DNA of 64,000 nucleotides from an uncultured Gammaproteobacteria bacterium (GTDB lineage Bacteria; Pseudomonadota; Gammaproteobacteria; JAURND01): NCBI GenBank assembly GCA_963714975.1, contig CAVQQD010000003.1, positions 1 to 64,000 of the forward strand, read 5' to 3'. Shown piece by piece: positions 61,812 to 64,000 of this stretch (position 1 is its first letter; each line of letters starts with the position of its first letter). The notes under the pieces were generated by a model. It saw only the letters and a program-made list of their open reading frames with translations, ran no database searches and was not told where the DNA came from. The position numbers and the translations under genes were made by a program.

Positions 61812-63008
61812 ATGAGTTATTTCGAACGCTTAATAGCCAATAATATTAATCAAAACCTGCAAAGAGGTAAGAGTATTTTGCTGCTAGGTCCCCGCCAAAC
61901 TGGCAAAACTACCCTCATTCAACAGCAAATCAAACCTGATATTAGCTATTCCTTCGCGCAAGTGAGTGTACGCCAACGCTATGAACAAGATCCTAGCTTG
62001 CTGGAAAAGGAATTGGAATCGAGGATTCAAGCTTATGATGAACCACCCGTTATATGTATTGATGAGGTGCAAAAAATCCCCCGAGTTATGGATATTGCTC
62101 AACATCTAATCGATGCTAAATTAGCCAAATTTATTTTGACAGGCTCTTCTGCTCGGAAACTGAAAACCGGCAATGAAATAAATTTACTGCCAGGTCGGGT
62201 TGTTGCTTTGACTATGACGCCATTAAGTTATGCAGAATTGCCAGAACCAAAATCCTCGCTGGAAGATTTATTGCTCTATGGTAGTTTGCCTGGGATTGTT
62301 GCAGAGCCAAATTCGGAAATGCGAGAAGTTGATCTATATTCTTATGTGGCTACTTACTTAGAAGAAGAAATAAGGGCCGAAGCAGCGGTAAGAAACATTG
62401 GCAGTTTTTCACGATTTTTAGAAATTGCCGCAGGAGAATCAGGCAAGCAAATAAATTTTACCAGCCTATCTCAAGATGTTGGGGTTTCTGACACCACGGT
62501 GGCAAACTATTACCAGGTGTTAGAAGATTGTTTAATTGTTCATCGCATCGATCCCATTTCTAATTCACATACTAAACGCCGCTTAATTAAATCTCCTAAG
62601 TTTTTATTTTTTGACTTAGGGATACGGCGAGCTTGTGCTAATGAAGGCAGAAAATTGCCCTATAATATTATGGGACATTTACTTGAACAGTATGTGGGGA
62701 ATGCTTTGCTGTGGGAAATGCAATTTAAATTACCCCAAGCAAAATTAAAATATTGGCGCGATGCTGCCGGACCAGAGGTAGATTATGTGTTAGAAATTTT
62801 TCATCAATATCTGCCGATTGAGATTAAATGGTCAGATAAACCCAATGAAACCGATGCACGAAATCTTAAAAAATTTATGGAAATCTATCCGGAAACGCGA
62901 CAAGCTTACATAATTTGCCGTACACCTCAACGCTATAACGTATTGGATAAAATCACGGTGTTGCCTTGGCAGGAATTGGGAGATATTTTAAATATATACC
63001 TTCCGTAG
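61812..63008 (+). CDS. AAA+ ATPase-wHTH-DUF4143 protein
   Basis: GPRQTGKTT, IDEVQK, LTGSSARKL, NLLPGR, GSLP, KSPKFLFFDLG, YWRDAAGPEVDY..IEIK. Confidence 0.92.
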   Translation: MSYFERLIANNINQNLQRGKSILLLGPRQTGKTTLIQQQIKPDISYSFAQVSVRQRYEQDPSLLEKELESRIQAYDEPPVICIDEVQKIPRVMDIAQHLIDAKLAKFILTGSSARKLKTGNEINLLPGRVVALTMTPLSYAELPEPKSSLEDLLLYGSLPGIVAEPNSEMREVDLYSYVATYLEEEIRAEAAVRNIGSFSRFLEIAAGESGKQINFTSLSQDVGVSDTTVANYYQVLEDCLIVHRIDPISNSHTKRRLIKSPKFLFFDLGIRRACANEGRKLPYNIMGHLLEQYVGNALLWEMQFKLPQAKLKYWRDAAGPEVDYVLEIFHQYLPIEIKWSDKPNETDARNLKKFMEIYPETRQAYIICRTPQRYNVLDKITVLPWQELGDILNIYLP

Positions 63009-63368
63009 AAGTAAGTCGTCTTGATCCTCATTGGGTTCTTGAGCTACTGGATTGATCACTACAAGAGGTTGCAATGCTATGTTTTGATTGGGGTGATTTG
63101 CTGCAATATTTGCGCTCTCTGCTTTATATTTGCGGTGATAATAAAAGGCAGCGGCAAAACAGCCTAAAGCTATAGTGGGAATCGCAACACCTGCTGCAAA
63201 TAGAGCCCAGGTTTGTGGAAGCAGATGTGAATTTTCTATTAAAGAGGATATAGGAAGATATAAGCCAAAGGGGGCAGAAAAAATAGTAAGCACAGTAAAT
63301 AGTGTGCCTCGCATAAAAAAACTCTCTCGGTGATATTCATAGGTATAGATATTCATAAAATAAGCCAC
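62988..63368 (-). CDS. Small TM-hairpin orphan, candidate effector
   Basis: Two hydrophobic helices and acidic tail EPNEDQDD. Confidence 0.5.
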   Translation of the reverse strand: MAYFMNIYTYEYHRESFFMRGTLFTVLTIFSAPFGLYLPISSLIENSHLLPQTWALFAAGVAIPTIALGCFAAAFYYHRKYKAESANIAANHPNQNIALQPLVVINPVAQEPNEDQDDLLLRKVYI

Positions 63369-63417
63369 CCTTAATAAAAAATTTGCTTTTCCTAAAAAGC
63401 CGGTGAATAATAGCGAT

Positions 63418-63900
63418 AACCGTGGGCAGTGCCCACGGCCGCGCCAAAAGAATGCTCAAACATTCTTGAGGCACTTCCGGCAACGAACCTTATAAGGAGG
63501 TCCGCAGTGGCTTTAGTAGCTTACTCGATTACGCATTCTCGTAAAACTCTTTTCTGTATGCTCGCCAATTTTTTTCACCTGCATTGCCTCGGGCGGATGT
63601 TTCACGCCTGGGCCAACAAATCCTTACTGAATGATTTTCCTCGCATGCCACAGCGGTGTTGCTGGCATCAGGTTGGGATTTGCCGTGGGTTTTTTAGTGG
63701 CCGACATGCAGGACAAGAGGAGGTAAGCTGGTAGCAGAGGAAATAGGTAGGGCGAACGAGCAGGTCATCCCGAGGAGCTTGCGACGAGGGATCTCTGTGC
63801 CAGTTTGCAGGAGATCCCTCGCCGTTGCTCGGGATGACCGTGCCTGTTCGCCCTCGCCTATAAAAACCCTCTGCTGCCGCTTCCTTGATTCGTTGTTCGT
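63418..63900 (+). ncRNA. Putative large structured RNA/leader of unknown class
   Basis: More than 10 nested helices with G-U pairs on the plus strand; putative promoter TTGCTT-17-AATAAT at 63383-63411. Confidence 0.5.
63764..63838. repeat. Complete family D REP-like element
   Basis: gtcatcccgag...gagggatctc...gagatccctc...ctcgggatgac. Confidence 0.88.
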
Positions 63901-63927
63901 TTCTTCTATAACTCCAGGAGCACACCC

Positions 63928-64000
63928 ATGAATGATAATAACATCAAACCCGCTTTTAAATGCTTTCGTCAACCAGGACATCGCCCTCCTCTCGTTGATA
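63928..64000 (+). CDS. Start of a gene running off the window
   Basis: AGGAG at 63916-63920, ATG at 63928, MNDNNIKPAFKCFRQPGHRPPLVD open to the edge. Confidence 0.5.
   Translation, partial: MNDNNIKPAFKCFRQPGHRPPLVD

Noticed and set aside
63383-63900. RNase P RNA, tmRNA, 6S RNA or group II intron
   Set aside because: No GAGGAAAGUCC, no tRNA-like ends, no GUGYG 5' end with visible domain V, and not in zapA-ygfA context.
63429-63981. ORFs 63429..63734, 63668..63925 and 63694..63981
   Set aside because: No recognisable motifs, and two read through a REP; the base-pairing pattern explains the region better.

Overview
Chromosomal window from a Legionellales-type gammaproteobacterium, judged from clear icmW and icmX Dot/Icm genes. 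Scrambled housekeeping blocks include lptD-surA-rsmA-usp-apaH, metK, comM-ubiK, rpmH-rnpA-yidD-yidC-mnmE, ftsA-ftsZ-lpxC-birA-dsbB, psd, rsmB, pntAAB, ilvE, nfeD-SPFH, yicC, ubiE-ubiJ-ubiB-pfkA, murD-ftsW-murG and gltA. These are interleaved with three accessory layers. (1) At least eight families of short palindromic/MITE-like repeats, several inserted in frame in core proteins (LptD, RsmB, Psd, RsmA, Ogt, UbiJ and others). One 133-bp element is translated in opposite orientations in LptD and RsmB, and a nested stack of elements lies after murG. (2) Solitary AAA+/DUF4143-type ATPase-nuclease and toxin-antitoxin cassettes, most with their own operator-like inverted repeat, two of them bracketed by duplicated pieces of the neighbouring host gene. 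(3) About 11 orphan candidate Dot/Icm effectors, including multi-hairpin membrane proteins and a HAD-like plus degenerate SidE-phosphodiesterase-like fusion. The window ends in a ~500-nt, extensively base-paired plus-strand leader in front of a gene that is cut off. Frameshifts clustered in the first 7 kb look like sequencing errors. All family assignments are from motif recognition, not database searches.
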